Shown: positions 1 to 10,172 of the stretch, in pieces | Layout of the letters: each line of letters opens with the position of its first letter | Position numbering within the stretch: position 1 is the stretch's first letter | DNA from: Dehalococcoidia bacterium | Lineage (GTDB): Bacteria; Chloroflexota; Dehalococcoidia; Lucifugimonadales; SAR202-VII-2 | NCBI GenBank assembly: GCA_965226745.1 | Contig: CBDDDS010000005.1 | Span: 18,389 to 82,388, forward strand | Length of the DNA: 64,000 nucleotides | Direction: 5' to 3' | The notes under the pieces: model-generated | The model's input: the letters and a program-made list of their open reading frames with translations, nothing else | What the model was told of the DNA's origin: nothing | The model's database searches: none | Translations under genes and position numbers: made by a program

Positions 1-409
1 GAAACGCGGGAACGCCAATGTACATCCCAAAGCCAAAGACCAGGCCAAAGAAGCTGCCCAGGTAGACCACTGCCAGAAGAAACGCGAACCAGGGCGTCGG
101 CTCCTCCGGCTGCGCGCCCTGCTGCCCCGCTCCCTCGCTGAGTTGCTCGCGCCAGGCGGCCTCCCGCTCCTCCGTGGCCGCCAGTCGCCCGGCCTGTCGC
201 CACACAATGGCCAGTATGATGAACGCTGCGCTCAGGCTGGCGACAATGAGCGGCAGGGATTCATTCCTGAAGCGGGGGTTCGTCGCCGCCAGCAGAAAGC
301 CCAAGGCCATCAGGAGAAACAGCAACTCGAAGACAATCGGCCCTCGCAACATGCGCCGCAGTGGCGGCCACACTCGCCGAAGCAACGTCCCCGCGGTTGG
401 TTGATTCAT
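1..409 (-). CDS. small integral membrane protein, possibly a TctB-type small subunit; partial, 3' end lies outside the window
   Basis: The reverse-strand ATG at 409-407 overlaps the tctA stop as ATGA. The frame stays open to the window edge. The translation MNQPTAGTLLRRVWPPLRRMLRGPIVFELLFLLMALGFLLAA...WFAFLLAVVYLGSFFGLVFGFGMYIG has at least 3 hydrophobic helices. It is absent from the ORF track because it runs off the edge. Confidence 0.45.
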   Translation of the reverse strand, partial: MNQPTAGTLLRRVWPPLRRMLRGPIVFELLFLLMALGFLLAATNPRFRNESLPLIVASLSAAFIILAIVWRQAGRLAATEEREAAWREQLSEGAGQQGAQPEEPTPWFAFLLAVVYLGSFFGLVFGFGMYIGVPAF

Positions 410-1965
410 CTCGGGGCCGCCTGTCCATCCTGCGGCCGCGCCCCGCGCAGCTTCTTGAACACGGACGCCAGCCGCAGGGAGATCACGGCCAGTGTGAGGC
501 TGAACAGGGCTAGGGAGATGCCGGAGTTGAAGAAGACGGTGTAGCTTCCCCGCGCGCTTTGGATCGCCGTGTAGTAGCTCTGCTCGGCAATGTTGCCGAG
601 GATGAAGCCGATGACCACGGCGATGACCGGGAAGCCGTGGCGCCGCATCATGTAGCCGAAAATCGCCGCTGCGAAGGTGGCGGCGGGGTCCCAGATGTTG
701 CCGGAGATGGACAGGACCGCCGCCAACGTGAACACCAGAATGATGGGGGCGATGTAGCGCGTGTCTATCCGCGGCACCTTGCTGATCAGCGGAACGGAGG
801 CGATCGCCAACATCGACGTGACCAGGTTGGCTGCCACTATCCCCAGGATCAGCACCCAGGCCAGGTCGATGTGGTCCCTGAGGAAGAAGGGACCGGGCTG
901 CACCCCGTACAGTATCAGCGCCCCCAGAAGGAGGGCCATCTCTCCGTTGCCCGGCAGCCCGAAGGTGAGCGTGGGCAGCAGCGCCCCACCCTCCTTGCCG
1001 TTGATGGCGCTGTCCGCGGCGACCAGACCCTCCGGCTCGCCCTTGCCGAACGTCTCCGGGTGACGGGAGCTGAGCACCGCGGCGTCATAGGCCACGAACT
1101 GCGCCACCACACCCCCAACTCCCGGAATGATGCCGATCAGCGTCCCGATGCCCGAGCTCCGAAGCAACGTGACCGGGTACCTGAAGGGCACCAGCATCCC
1201 TTTGAGGGCCTCCTTCATGTCGGCCAGCTTTGCGCCGCCGGCAACCTGAGCGCCGCTCGCGCCCTGGTTGCCGGAACTCTTCCGGGTGATGCCGTCCACC
1301 ATATACCCGATCGCCTCGCTGCCCACCAGAAACCCTATCAGTATCGCAACGAGGCTCAGCCCATCCAAAAGGTAGATGCTGCCCATGTTGAACCGGGGCG
1401 CCGCCAGCTGCGAGCCCCCGATCCCTATGAAGGTCAACAGAATGCCAAAGATGCCCGCGGCCAGGCCCTTGATCATGCTGCCCTGCAGGGCCAGCGCCAG
1501 AGCAACCAGCCCGAAGATCACAATCCATAGCTTCTCCGCCGGGCCGAAGGCCAGCAGGATGGGCAGGATCAGAGGAATGACCACCAAAAGCACCGCCACC
1601 CCAAAGAGCGCGCCCAGCATCGAGGCGCTGGCGGAAATGCCGAGGGCCCAGGCCGCCCTACCCTGGCGCGCCAGAGGGTAGCCATCAAAGCAGGTAGCCG
1701 CGTTCTGCGCCGACCCCGGAATGTTGAGAACGATTGAGGTGATCGAGCCGCCCTGCCCACCAGACCCCACCAGTCCCGCGAAAAGGTACATCGCCTTCGT
1801 GGGGTCCCACCCGAACGTCAGGGGCAGCATCAGCGCCATAGCGTTGATCGGCCCAAGCCCGGGGAAAATACCGAAGACCCACCCAATCAGGATACCGGCG
1901 AAAAGGAAGACGAGGTTGTCCAGGGAGGACAGTTGGCCCAGGCCATCCAGGAAAGCGGAGTACAT
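406..1965 (-). CDS. tctA: tripartite tricarboxylate transporter large permease TctA
   Basis: 519-aa polytopic membrane protein. The N-terminus MYSAFLDGLGQL...GIFPGLGPINAMALMLPLTF and the overall length are typical of the TctA family. Confidence 0.9.
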   Translation of the reverse strand: MYSAFLDGLGQLSSLDNLVFLFAGILIGWVFGIFPGLGPINAMALMLPLTFGWDPTKAMYLFAGLVGSGGQGGSITSIVLNIPGSAQNAATCFDGYPLARQGRAAWALGISASASMLGALFGVAVLLVVIPLILPILLAFGPAEKLWIVIFGLVALALALQGSMIKGLAAGIFGILLTFIGIGGSQLAAPRFNMGSIYLLDGLSLVAILIGFLVGSEAIGYMVDGITRKSSGNQGASGAQVAGGAKLADMKEALKGMLVPFRYPVTLLRSSGIGTLIGIIPGVGGVVAQFVAYDAAVLSSRHPETFGKGEPEGLVAADSAINGKEGGALLPTLTFGLPGNGEMALLLGALILYGVQPGPFFLRDHIDLAWVLILGIVAANLVTSMLAIASVPLISKVPRIDTRYIAPIILVFTLAAVLSISGNIWDPAATFAAAIFGYMMRRHGFPVIAVVIGFILGNIAEQSYYTAIQSARGSYTVFFNSGISLALFSLTLAVISLRLASVFKKLRGARPQDGQAAPR

Positions 1966-2234
1966 GCAACGTTGCCTTCGAACTCGCCGAGGAGTCTCCG
2001 AGGGGCTGCGGGGCGATAGTATCGTCGCCTTTTTCGCCTGTCAATACTGGCACTGCGACTTATTGCACAATCACGATGGGCGCTGTAACTGATGTCGTTA
2101 CGCCAATTGCTCCTCGCAGCGGATTGACACAGTTTGGGAGGCAGGCGTATCTTTGGGTCGGCCCTTCCCTAAGCAAGCCCAGCGCCCTTGGAGATCGGCT
2201 CTACGAGACCCTAACCCGGCTGTAAGGAGGCGAC

Positions 2235-2741
2235 ATGGTAGAGGGGAGCTCTGCATCTCAGCGGCTCGGTCCGGCGCCCCGAAGGTGGCTCAGGCCCAGG
2301 TTGCTCATCGTCGCGGGGCTGGCGGTGGCGGCCCTGGGGTTGTTGGGCAGCATAGCAACGCAGGAACTAACGGATTCGCCATCCGGCGCCAGCGTCACAA
2401 CCGTTCCCACCGTGGTGTCCCTGGCCGGCTCGAGCAATGTCCTGGTGACCGGGTCCGGTCTGGAGCCGGGCACTGTCATAAGCGTTCTGGTCAAAGACTC
2501 CTTCGGCCTGTTCAGCAACGTCACCGGCCTGATGAGCCCCAATGTCATCACGGTGAACGACGACGGCGCATTCGCCGCCACCTGGGCGCTTGGCAGATGG
2601 ACGAGGGTGAGCCAGGAAGGGTTGTTGTCGCTTCGCATCGTGGACGAAGACTACCAGGTATTGGCAACGGCGCCCCTTCTCTTCTGCAATCCCACTGAAT
2701 CGGAGAGCGCGTTCTGTGGCGAAGATTTCCTTGGGAAGTAG
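2235..2741 (+). CDS. hypothetical membrane-anchored or secreted protein
   Basis: RBS TAAGGAGG lies just upstream of the ATG. There is an N-terminal hydrophobic anchor LLIVAGLAVAALGLLG followed by a beta-rich region. No family recognised. Confidence 0.5.
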   Translation: MVEGSSASQRLGPAPRRWLRPRLLIVAGLAVAALGLLGSIATQELTDSPSGASVTTVPTVVSLAGSSNVLVTGSGLEPGTVISVLVKDSFGLFSNVTGLMSPNVITVNDDGAFAATWALGRWTRVSQEGLLSLRIVDEDYQVLATAPLLFCNPTESESAFCGEDFLGK

Positions 2742-2821
2742 CCTGGATGGGCGGGGCCCAGAACCCACCGGAAAAGGCTCCTCACGTCTTGTTCGGATGT
2801 ATCAGCTTATAGGAGGCTGAA

Positions 2822-3991
2822 ATGCGGAAGCCCGTCAACCTGCTTTTGCCACTGCTTCTAGCGGTTGGGCTCGTTATCGCCGCCTGCGGCAGCAGCGACC
2901 CCACGGCCACAACGCCCCCCGCTGAAACCATGGCGCCCACCATGGCCCCCACGACGGCGCCCACCATGGCCCCTACGATGGCGCCCACGGAGCCTAGCCA
3001 GCCGGGATCGACGGCGGCCCCACCGACGGCGGTCCCCGCAGCGACCGCCCGGCCAGCGCCGCCGGCGACGCCCACCCTGGTTCCAACGCCGCAGATTAAC
3101 TACCCGGAGAGGGCCATTACCTACATCGTTCCCTCCACGCCGGGAGGCTCCTTCGACACCCTCAGCCGAGCCATGGTTCGCAGCTTCAGCGAGATCCTCG
3201 GCGTCCCCGTCGTCATCAAGAACGATCCCAGCGGGGGCGGACTGGTTGCAGAGAAGCAGATCTACGACTCCGGCCCCGAGGGCTATACGATTGGCATGGT
3301 CGACGTCGTGGGCAAGCTGGGCCTGAATCTCGTCCAGGACCTCCCCTACAACCCCAGCGCCCTCCAGTACATCGGCAGAATCAACGCCGGGTTCAACGCA
3401 ATGGCCACAGGAATCAACAGTCCCTACGCCACGCTGGAGGATTTGCAGAACACGGTTGAGTCGGTGCGATGCGCAAACATTCTCGGCTTCAGCACCGTGA
3501 CCATTCAATGCGTCATCCTGACCCAGGCCCTCGGCATCCCCATGACCATCGTCAACTTCCCCGGTCCCATCGAGGCCATTCAGGGCGTGATCCGCGGCGA
3601 CGCCGACATATCGCCCCTGGGACTCGCTCTTTGGCTGGGGTTCATCGAGGCCGAGCAGGCCAGGGCCCTGCTCGTGTGGGGACCCGAGACCGACCCTCGT
3701 CTGCCCGAAGTCCCTGCGCTTGATGCCGTCGGACTGCAGCACCTGGCCCCGTTCATGGTCCAGCGCGCCGTGGCCGCAAGCCCAGAACTCCCGCCAGAGC
3801 GGCTCCAGATTCTCAGGGACGCCCTGGAGCGGGCGATCGCAGGACCGGAGTTCCAGGCATTCCTTGACCAGCGCCAGTTCGAGAAGAACTTCATGCGGGG
3901 CAACGAGTTCCAGGCCTTGGTGCAGAATGAACTCCTTCCTCTCCTGAACGAGAACATCGACGTCCTAAGAGAGATAGCGTCCGGAGGCTAA
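2822..3991 (+). CDS. tctC: Bug/TctC-family tripartite tricarboxylate transporter substrate-binding lipoprotein
   Basis: RBS AGGAGG. Signal peptide ending LVIAAC, then a MAPT-repeat linker, then YIVPSTPGGSFDTLSRA, which is typical of Bug/TctC binding proteins. Confidence 0.85.
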   Translation: MRKPVNLLLPLLLAVGLVIAACGSSDPTATTPPAETMAPTMAPTTAPTMAPTMAPTEPSQPGSTAAPPTAVPAATARPAPPATPTLVPTPQINYPERAITYIVPSTPGGSFDTLSRAMVRSFSEILGVPVVIKNDPSGGGLVAEKQIYDSGPEGYTIGMVDVVGKLGLNLVQDLPYNPSALQYIGRINAGFNAMATGINSPYATLEDLQNTVESVRCANILGFSTVTIQCVILTQALGIPMTIVNFPGPIEAIQGVIRGDADISPLGLALWLGFIEAEQARALLVWGPETDPRLPEVPALDAVGLQHLAPFMVQRAVAASPELPPERLQILRDALERAIAGPEFQAFLDQRQFEKNFMRGNEFQALVQNELLPLLNENIDVLREIASGG

Positions 3992-4205
3992 GGGAGCTCA
4001 TACGGCGGGCGTGGGACGCTGCGTTTGACCTCGTCCCACGCCCGTCGCCGCGTCATACGGCGCGGTGGCCGGCGCATTCCACTGAGGCACGCCAAGGCGA
4101 GCCAGCCTACAGTGGATCGCCTTGCCCGCGGCCATGAGAGGCGGGATATCCCTGGCTTGGCGCTCCATGTAGGAAACCCCGGCCAGGGGAATCTCAGGAG
4201 ACCTC

Positions 4206-5129
4206 GTGCAGCGCTACATAGCCGGAAGAGTCTTCCAGAGCCTGATCACCCTGCTCGTCGTCAGCGTGATTGTCTTTGCCCTGGGCCGCATGATGGGGAA
4301 TCCTCTTGACGTGCTGCTGCCCATAGACGCCTCCCCAGAACTTCGTCAACAAGAAACCGAGCGGCTGGGCTTGAACGAGCCTTTCTTTGTTCAGTACGGC
4401 CTGTTCATCAGAGACCTGGCCACCGGCGATCTGGGAACCTCCATCCGCTCCAAGCAGCCTGTCTTGGACCTGCTGGTCTCCCGCCTGCCCGACACCCTGC
4501 AACTCGTGGGCCTGGCAATGGCGATCGCGCTGCTTGTCGGTTTCCCTCTGGGCGTGCTGGCGGCGACGCGCAAGGGAGGCGTCTGGGACCTCGGCGCCCG
4601 CGTCGTGGCCCTCTTTGGCCAATCCATCCCATCCTTTTGGGGTGGCATCATGCTCATCCTCATATTCTCGGTGACCCTGGAGCTCTTGCCCGTGGGACGG
4701 AACCAGGGCTTTCAGTACACTATCCTCCCAGCCGTGACGATAGCCTTTTTTGGCTTCATCATGGCCGGACTGGTGCGTCTGCTCCGAGGTTCCATGATCG
4801 AAACGTTGGACAGCGAATACGTCAGATTTGCCCGGATAAAGGGAGTGTCGGAGCGGGTTGTTGTTTGGAAGCACGCCCTCAAGAACGCTCTCATTCCCGT
4901 TGTCACCTTCCTTGGCTTCTACTTCGGCATCCTCATTGCGGGCAGCGTCGTTGTTGAAACGGTCTTCGCCTGGCCCGGCGTCGGCCGGCTGGCCTACGAG
5001 GCCGTCCAGTGGCGGGACTACCCAGTCATCCAGGGCGTGGTCCTCCTGATCTCCGGCTTCATCCTGCTCTCGACTCTGGCGGTGGACATCCTGTACGCCT
5101 ACCTGGACCCAAGAATTCGATTCCGATGA
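4206..5129 (+). CDS. ABC transporter permease, DppB/OppB-like
   Basis: GTG start after AGGAG. The N-terminus MQRYIAGRVFQSLITLLVVSVIVFAL and six TM segments are typical of the peptide/nickel ABC permease family. Confidence 0.9.
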   Translation: MQRYIAGRVFQSLITLLVVSVIVFALGRMMGNPLDVLLPIDASPELRQQETERLGLNEPFFVQYGLFIRDLATGDLGTSIRSKQPVLDLLVSRLPDTLQLVGLAMAIALLVGFPLGVLAATRKGGVWDLGARVVALFGQSIPSFWGGIMLILIFSVTLELLPVGRNQGFQYTILPAVTIAFFGFIMAGLVRLLRGSMIETLDSEYVRFARIKGVSERVVVWKHALKNALIPVVTFLGFYFGILIAGSVVVETVFAWPGVGRLAYEAVQWRDYPVIQGVVLLISGFILLSTLAVDILYAYLDPRIRFR

Positions 5130-5161
5130 CAATGGCATAGCGACGACGCGATAAAGGCATC

Positions 5162-6061
5162 ATGAACACACTACAACAGCCCAACTACGCCCCGTCTCTC
5201 TTGCGGCCTGTAGGCCGGGCGACCGCCCAACTCAGACGGTACCCGGTCATTCCCCTGTTCATCCTCGGCGCCTTCGTGCTCATGGCCGTGTTTGCGGATT
5301 GGCTGGCCCCCCACTCCCCGACCACCGGACCCCTGCGCGACCGGCTGACACCCCCCTTCTGGCTCGAGGGCGGAAGCGCCAACCACCTTTTGGGAACGGA
5401 CAAGGTGGGCCTCGACATCCTGAGCCGCATCATATTCGGCGCCCGCACGTCTCTAGCCATCGGGGGGGTGGCGGTGGCGGTGGGCGGCATCGTAGGGACG
5501 GTGCTGGGCCTCGTCACCGGCTACTACGGCCGGTGGCTGGACGCCATTGTCATGCGCATTACGGACGCGATGCTCTCCCTTCCCATCATCCTCATTGCCC
5601 TGCTATTCGCCGTAAGGCTGGGCGCCAGCTTCCAGACGCTGATCATCGTCCTTGCTCTGGTCCTCTGGGCCCGATTCGCCCGGCTGGTCCGGGGCGAAGT
5701 CCTCACCTGGAAGGAGCGGGAATTCGTAGCCCTGGCAAGGACCGCCGGCAGCTCCACGTTGCGCATCATCGTCCGCCATATCTTTCCCAACGTACTGAAC
5801 CCGCTTGTTGTCCTGGCGACGCTCCAGCTTGGCTGGGTCATCACCGTAGAGGCAGGGCTCAGCTTCCTTGGCGCCGGCATCCCGCCATCCTCGCCGTCTT
5901 GGGGCTCCATGATAGCCGGAGGACGGGAGATCGTCGGGACCGCTTGGTGGATTACCGTCTTCCCAGGCATTGCCCTCATCTTAGTGGTGCTTTCCTTCAA
6001 TCTCTTGGGCGACTGGCTGAGAGACTTCCTCGATCCCAGGACGAGGAATATCGCGCGCTAA
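5162..6061 (+). CDS. ABC transporter permease, DppC/OppC-like
   Basis: 299 aa. Contains the EAA-loop region ...ARTAGSSTLRIIVRHIFPNVLNPLVV... typical of DppC/OppC. Confidence 0.9.
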   Translation: MNTLQQPNYAPSLLRPVGRATAQLRRYPVIPLFILGAFVLMAVFADWLAPHSPTTGPLRDRLTPPFWLEGGSANHLLGTDKVGLDILSRIIFGARTSLAIGGVAVAVGGIVGTVLGLVTGYYGRWLDAIVMRITDAMLSLPIILIALLFAVRLGASFQTLIIVLALVLWARFARLVRGEVLTWKEREFVALARTAGSSTLRIIVRHIFPNVLNPLVVLATLQLGWVITVEAGLSFLGAGIPPSSPSWGSMIAGGREIVGTAWWITVFPGIALILVVLSFNLLGDWLRDFLDPRTRNIAR

Positions 6062-6192
6062 TTGTTCCCTCCGCGGCTTGGGTCGTGGTATCGTACCCGC
6101 GGTCCATATGCTAAGAGTCTAAGGGGTTCCCCACGTAGAGGAACCCTTCTAGGATCGCTGCTTGCGAGTCAGCCCAGCCCCAGAAGGACTTC

Positions 6193-7272
6193 TTGGGAGG
6201 TCGAATCATGCTAGCGCCTGTCATCAGGTTTCGCTGGATCGTCGCCGGGACGCTCGCGCTCGCTGCCCTCATTGCTGCCTGCGGGTCCGACCCGACGCCG
6301 ACTCCTACTCCTACACCAACGCCGACGAACACCCCCACTCCAGTCCCGACGGCCACTCCCACTCCGACCGCTACTCCCGCTTCTTCCTCGACCCAGCTTG
6401 CGGCCAACCTGGAAGACTTCGTCGTCACCGCGTCCACTACCGGCAAAGATCTGATGGACGCGCTCTCTGATGAGGAGACCTCCTGCATACAGGCCGCCTT
6501 CGGCGACTCACTGTATCAGATAATACTCGGCACACCGCTCCTGATGGCAAGCGCCAATGCTGCGGCAGCGGCGCCCATTTTTGGATGCCTCAAGACCGAC
6601 AACATCGTGCTCATCGGCGTCGCGTTCCTCGATGCCCAAGCGGGCGGATGGACCGAGGAATCTCGCAAGTGCATCACCGAAGTTGGCTTGGGGCACCCGG
6701 ACGCGGTCTACGTCAGGCTTGGTCTGGCCTTGGGGCCGGATCCCATCGACGCCGCTGAGACCCTTGCCCATAACGTGGAGATTTATGAATGCCTGACCAA
6801 TGAGGAGAAGAAGGCTTTCACAGTGAGCCTCTGGACGGGCCTCGACAGGAACGCTGCCGCCACCGGGGCTGACATCGTCGCCCTTCTCTCCGAGTCCGAG
6901 GCTGCCTGCGTACGCGACGGCCTCTCCGAGGAACAATTCGCGACCATGGTTGGTGCTCAGCCTCTGGGGGCCCTGACCATCGGAAGCACCGTCGCCCACT
7001 GCATTGAACCGGAGACCACCCTCAAGATATTCGCCAACGGCATACAGTGGGCCATCGGCAGTGTGACGGAAGAGACTCTGAGTTGCCTCGAAGACTTCGC
7101 CCGGGAGAACCCGGTCTTCATCGCACTCCTCGCATCCGGCTTGCAGGGCATAGAAGCAATGCCCGCAGATGAGTTCCTCGAGGTCAGCAACTCTGGCTCC
7201 CAGCAGTACGCCTGTATGACTGAAGAAGAGTTGCTGCGAGTTCAGGAGGCTGCCACGGCCGCTATGCAGTAA
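6193..7272 (+). CDS. hypothetical lipoprotein with a PT-rich linker and repeated Cys-containing helical modules
   Basis: Signal peptide ending LIAAC, then the linker GSDPTPTPTPTPTPTNTPTPVPTATPTPTATP. Recurring motifs are EETSCIQAAF, SRKCITEVG, SEAACVRDGLSEEQF, ETLSCLEDFAREN and QQYACMTEEE. No family recognised. Confidence 0.6.
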   Translation: MGGRIMLAPVIRFRWIVAGTLALAALIAACGSDPTPTPTPTPTPTNTPTPVPTATPTPTATPASSSTQLAANLEDFVVTASTTGKDLMDALSDEETSCIQAAFGDSLYQIILGTPLLMASANAAAAAPIFGCLKTDNIVLIGVAFLDAQAGGWTEESRKCITEVGLGHPDAVYVRLGLALGPDPIDAAETLAHNVEIYECLTNEEKKAFTVSLWTGLDRNAAATGADIVALLSESEAACVRDGLSEEQFATMVGAQPLGALTIGSTVAHCIEPETTLKIFANGIQWAIGSVTEETLSCLEDFARENPVFIALLASGLQGIEAMPADEFLEVSNSGSQQYACMTEEELLRVQEAATAAMQ

Positions 7273-7323
7273 GGGGGGCTACCTCGATTTCCGGAGGGCT
7301 CGAAGGCCAACTCGACCGGATCG

Positions 7324-7817
7324 GTGGAGTTCTACAACTGCCTGACCGCTGTGGAAAAGGTGGGATTTCTGGTGAGCTTCCAGGCCGAGGTGAACAGCAA
7401 CACATCCACCGAGCGCGGCGTCATCGCTGTGCTCCCCGAATCCGAGGTTGCATACGCGAAAGCCTCTCCGAGGAGCAGTACGACATGCTTCTCGAAACCA
7501 CGATCCATGAAGCCTTCAGGACGACAGAGTCGCTGTCCAACTGCATCACCCCGGAGGGTTACAGTGAGGTCTTCGTCGCCATCACCGCATCACAAGGCGG
7601 CGGGCTGAGCGATGAGTCCCTTAGCTGCGTCGCGGACTTCGCTAGAGCGCACCCGCACTACGTTGCACTGATCAATCCCGACTCCTACGACCTTTCGGCA
7701 ATGACGCCGAGCGACTTCGTTGAGATTGCCGACGACGGCCTGAGGTTGTGGGACTGCCTGGCCGACGAGGAAATCCGGCGGATGCAGGGAGTCTCTTTGG
7801 GCGCCCTGGCGGGGTAG
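7324..7817 (+). pseudogene. frameshifted partial paralog of the 6193-7272 lipoprotein (C-terminal half only)
   Basis: VEFYNCLTAVEKVGF...LPESEVAYAK aligns to VEIYECLTNEEKKAF...LSESEAACVRDGLSEEQF. The homology continues in another frame as LSEEQYDML...SLSCVADFARAHPHYVALI...WDCLADEEIRRMQ. An apparent 4-nt deletion near 7455-7465 removes the Cys codon. There is no signal peptide. Confidence 0.55.
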
Positions 7818-8027
7818 GCGCTGCCCGCCTCGGAGCAGGGCTGCGCTCGCGGTCACGCCGGTGGGCCTAAGCGTACTGTACTGCGAATCTTCGTTACAGG
7901 CGCGAGGCGGGAAGAATCCGCCCATCCCCTTTCCCCTCGTACCCGAGACTTCTGCATCACTCCTGCGCCGAGGGGGTCGCTAACGAAAGCCTGGTTCCCC
8001 CGGTGCGCGGAACACCCCGCCGCTTGC

Positions 8028-9005
8028 TCAGGGCCTGTCGAAAAGATGGCAGGCCACGTCGCGCGTCGTTGTAAGCGCCTTGAGCGCCGGCTCAACCTCC
8101 GAGCATATGGCCATGGCGAAGGGGCAACGCGTATGGAAGCTGCATCCTGAGGGCGGATTGATGGGGCTGGGGACCTCTCCCTCCAACGGGATGAAGTCGC
8201 GGCGCTGGTCAGGGTGGGCTGGTAGGGCGGCTGAGAGCAGCGCCTGGGTATACGGGTGCTGAGGGTCTGCGAACATCTCCTCAGCGGGACCAGTCTCCAC
8301 AACCTTCCCCAAATACATCACGGCCGTTCGTTCACTTAGATGCCGGGACGCCGCCAGGTCATGGCTTATCAGCAAGTAGCTCAAATCGAGTTGGTCCTGA
8401 AGGTCCCTGAGCAAATTGATGATCTGGCTCCGCACCGACACGTCCAGCGAGGCCACCGGCTCGTCCAGGACAATGAGGTCCGGGTTGAGCGTAAGCGCCC
8501 GCGCAAGCGCCACTCGTTGACGCTGCCCGCCGCTCAGTTCGTGGGGATATCGTTTGGCAAAGTTCCCGTCCAACCCCACGTCCCGCAGCACCTGGAGCAC
8601 CCGGTCCTTTCGTTCGCTCTTCGACATCGTGGAGTTCACGTCAAGAGGCTCGCTGACGAAATGTTCAACCCGCATCCGGGGGTTCAGCGAGCTCGAAGGG
8701 TCTTGAAACACAGGCTGCACCGACCTTCGATACTCCTTGCGGTCGTCTCCCCTCAGTTCCAACAGCTCCTTGCCCTGAAACTTGATGGAGCCGGACGTCG
8801 CCTCCTCCAGGAGGAGCACCAGCTTGGCGGTGGTGGTCTTCCCGCACCCGGATTCCCCCACGATGCCCAGGGTCTCCCCACGCTCCAGGGAGAGGTTCAC
8901 GCCATCCACGGCCTTGATCCATCCCGTGACCTTGGAGATCAGGAAACCCTTGGTGACGGGGAAATGCTTCTTGACGTCAGTGAGCTTGAGCAGTGTTTGA
9001 GCCAT
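8028..9005 (-). CDS. ABC transporter ATP-binding protein, DppF/OppF-like
   Basis: Walker A GESGCGKTT, signature LSGGQRQR, Walker B LIVLDEP, and the C-terminal oligopeptide-type extension ...CSFHTRCPFA. Confidence 0.9.
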   Translation of the reverse strand: MAQTLLKLTDVKKHFPVTKGFLISKVTGWIKAVDGVNLSLERGETLGIVGESGCGKTTTAKLVLLLEEATSGSIKFQGKELLELRGDDRKEYRRSVQPVFQDPSSSLNPRMRVEHFVSEPLDVNSTMSKSERKDRVLQVLRDVGLDGNFAKRYPHELSGGQRQRVALARALTLNPDLIVLDEPVASLDVSVRSQIINLLRDLQDQLDLSYLLISHDLAASRHLSERTAVMYLGKVVETGPAEEMFADPQHPYTQALLSAALPAHPDQRRDFIPLEGEVPSPINPPSGCSFHTRCPFAMAICSEVEPALKALTTTRDVACHLFDRP

Positions 9006-10044
9006 CGCGTCCTTTGACGTGAAGCCAGCAGGCGGCTCTGTGCCCCTCCCCCTCCACGGCCACCGTCGGTGGATAGTCGGACCGGCAGATCTCCATGACC
9101 CTGGGGCAGCGCGGGGCGAAGTGGCATCCCTTGGGCAGGTCGTAGAGGTTCGGAGGCTCGCCCTTGATCGGAGTGAGCCGACCCCGAGGCCCAGTGACGC
9201 TGGGTATCGATTGCAACAGGGCCTCTGAGTATGGATGCGACGGCGCCTGGAACAACCGCCTCACTGACGCCTCCTCCACTATTCTGCCTGAGTACATGAC
9301 CGCCACCCGGTCACACATGTTGGCAACGATTCCCATGTCGTGGGTGATGAACAGTATGGCCACGTTGGTCCTAGCCTGGATCTCCTTCAGCAGCCGCAGG
9401 TACTGGGCCTGGATCGTGACGTCCAGTGACGTCGTCGGCTCGTCGGCGATCAGAAGCATCGGCTCCGCCGAGAAGGTCGCCGCCCCCACCACCCGTTGCC
9501 GCATCCCGCCGCTGAACTGATGGGGGTAGCTGTTCAGGCGGGACTCTGGGTCCGGTATGTTCACCGCCCGGAGCCACTGCAACACCCGGCCCATAACGCC
9601 ACCCTCCGGCGCCAGATGGTGAATACGGATCGGTTCCGCCACCTGGTCGCCAATCGTGAAGACGGGGTTCAGGGTGGTCAGGGGGTCCTGGGGAATCATG
9701 GACATTCGTCTTCCCCGGTACCTACGCATCTCGCCGGGCGGCAGCCCCACCAGGTCGCGCCCTTCGAACAACACCTGTCCTCCCACAATGCGCCCCCCAG
9801 GCTTGGGAACGAGGCCGAGAACCGACAGCGCCGTCATACTCTTTCCGCTCCCGGACTCTCCCACCAAGCCAACGGTTTCACCATGGTTGATGGTGAACGA
9901 GACGCCGTCAACGGCCTTGGCAATGCCCCACCGCGTGGAGAAATGCGTTCGCAGGTCCTTCACCTCCAGCAGCGGAACGCTGCCGAGGGCGTTATTAGGG
10001 CCTACTGCGTCGGAAATGGTGTCTGATTGGGTGGCCATGGGCAT
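8977..10044 (-). CDS. ABC transporter ATP-binding protein, DppD/OppD-like
   Basis: Walker A GESGSGKSM, signature FSGGMRQR, Walker B LLIADEPTT, and the C-terminal CHFAPRCPRV motif. It overlaps the downstream ATPase gene by 29 nt. Confidence 0.9.
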   Translation of the reverse strand: MPMATQSDTISDAVGPNNALGSVPLLEVKDLRTHFSTRWGIAKAVDGVSFTINHGETVGLVGESGSGKSMTALSVLGLVPKPGGRIVGGQVLFEGRDLVGLPPGEMRRYRGRRMSMIPQDPLTTLNPVFTIGDQVAEPIRIHHLAPEGGVMGRVLQWLRAVNIPDPESRLNSYPHQFSGGMRQRVVGAATFSAEPMLLIADEPTTSLDVTIQAQYLRLLKEIQARTNVAILFITHDMGIVANMCDRVAVMYSGRIVEEASVRRLFQAPSHPYSEALLQSIPSVTGPRGRLTPIKGEPPNLYDLPKGCHFAPRCPRVMEICRSDYPPTVAVEGEGHRAACWLHVKGRDGSNTAQAH

Positions 10045-10172
10045 CAGCGTAGCGGCGGGCGATGGGAAACGATTGCTTGGCGTGCCGGCGGCCCTCGCTG
10101 GACTGAGGCGCTCAATCCAGCGAGGGCCGCCGGTGCAATGATTCGTAGCGTCTGTTCAGGCCCCGCCTTCGG

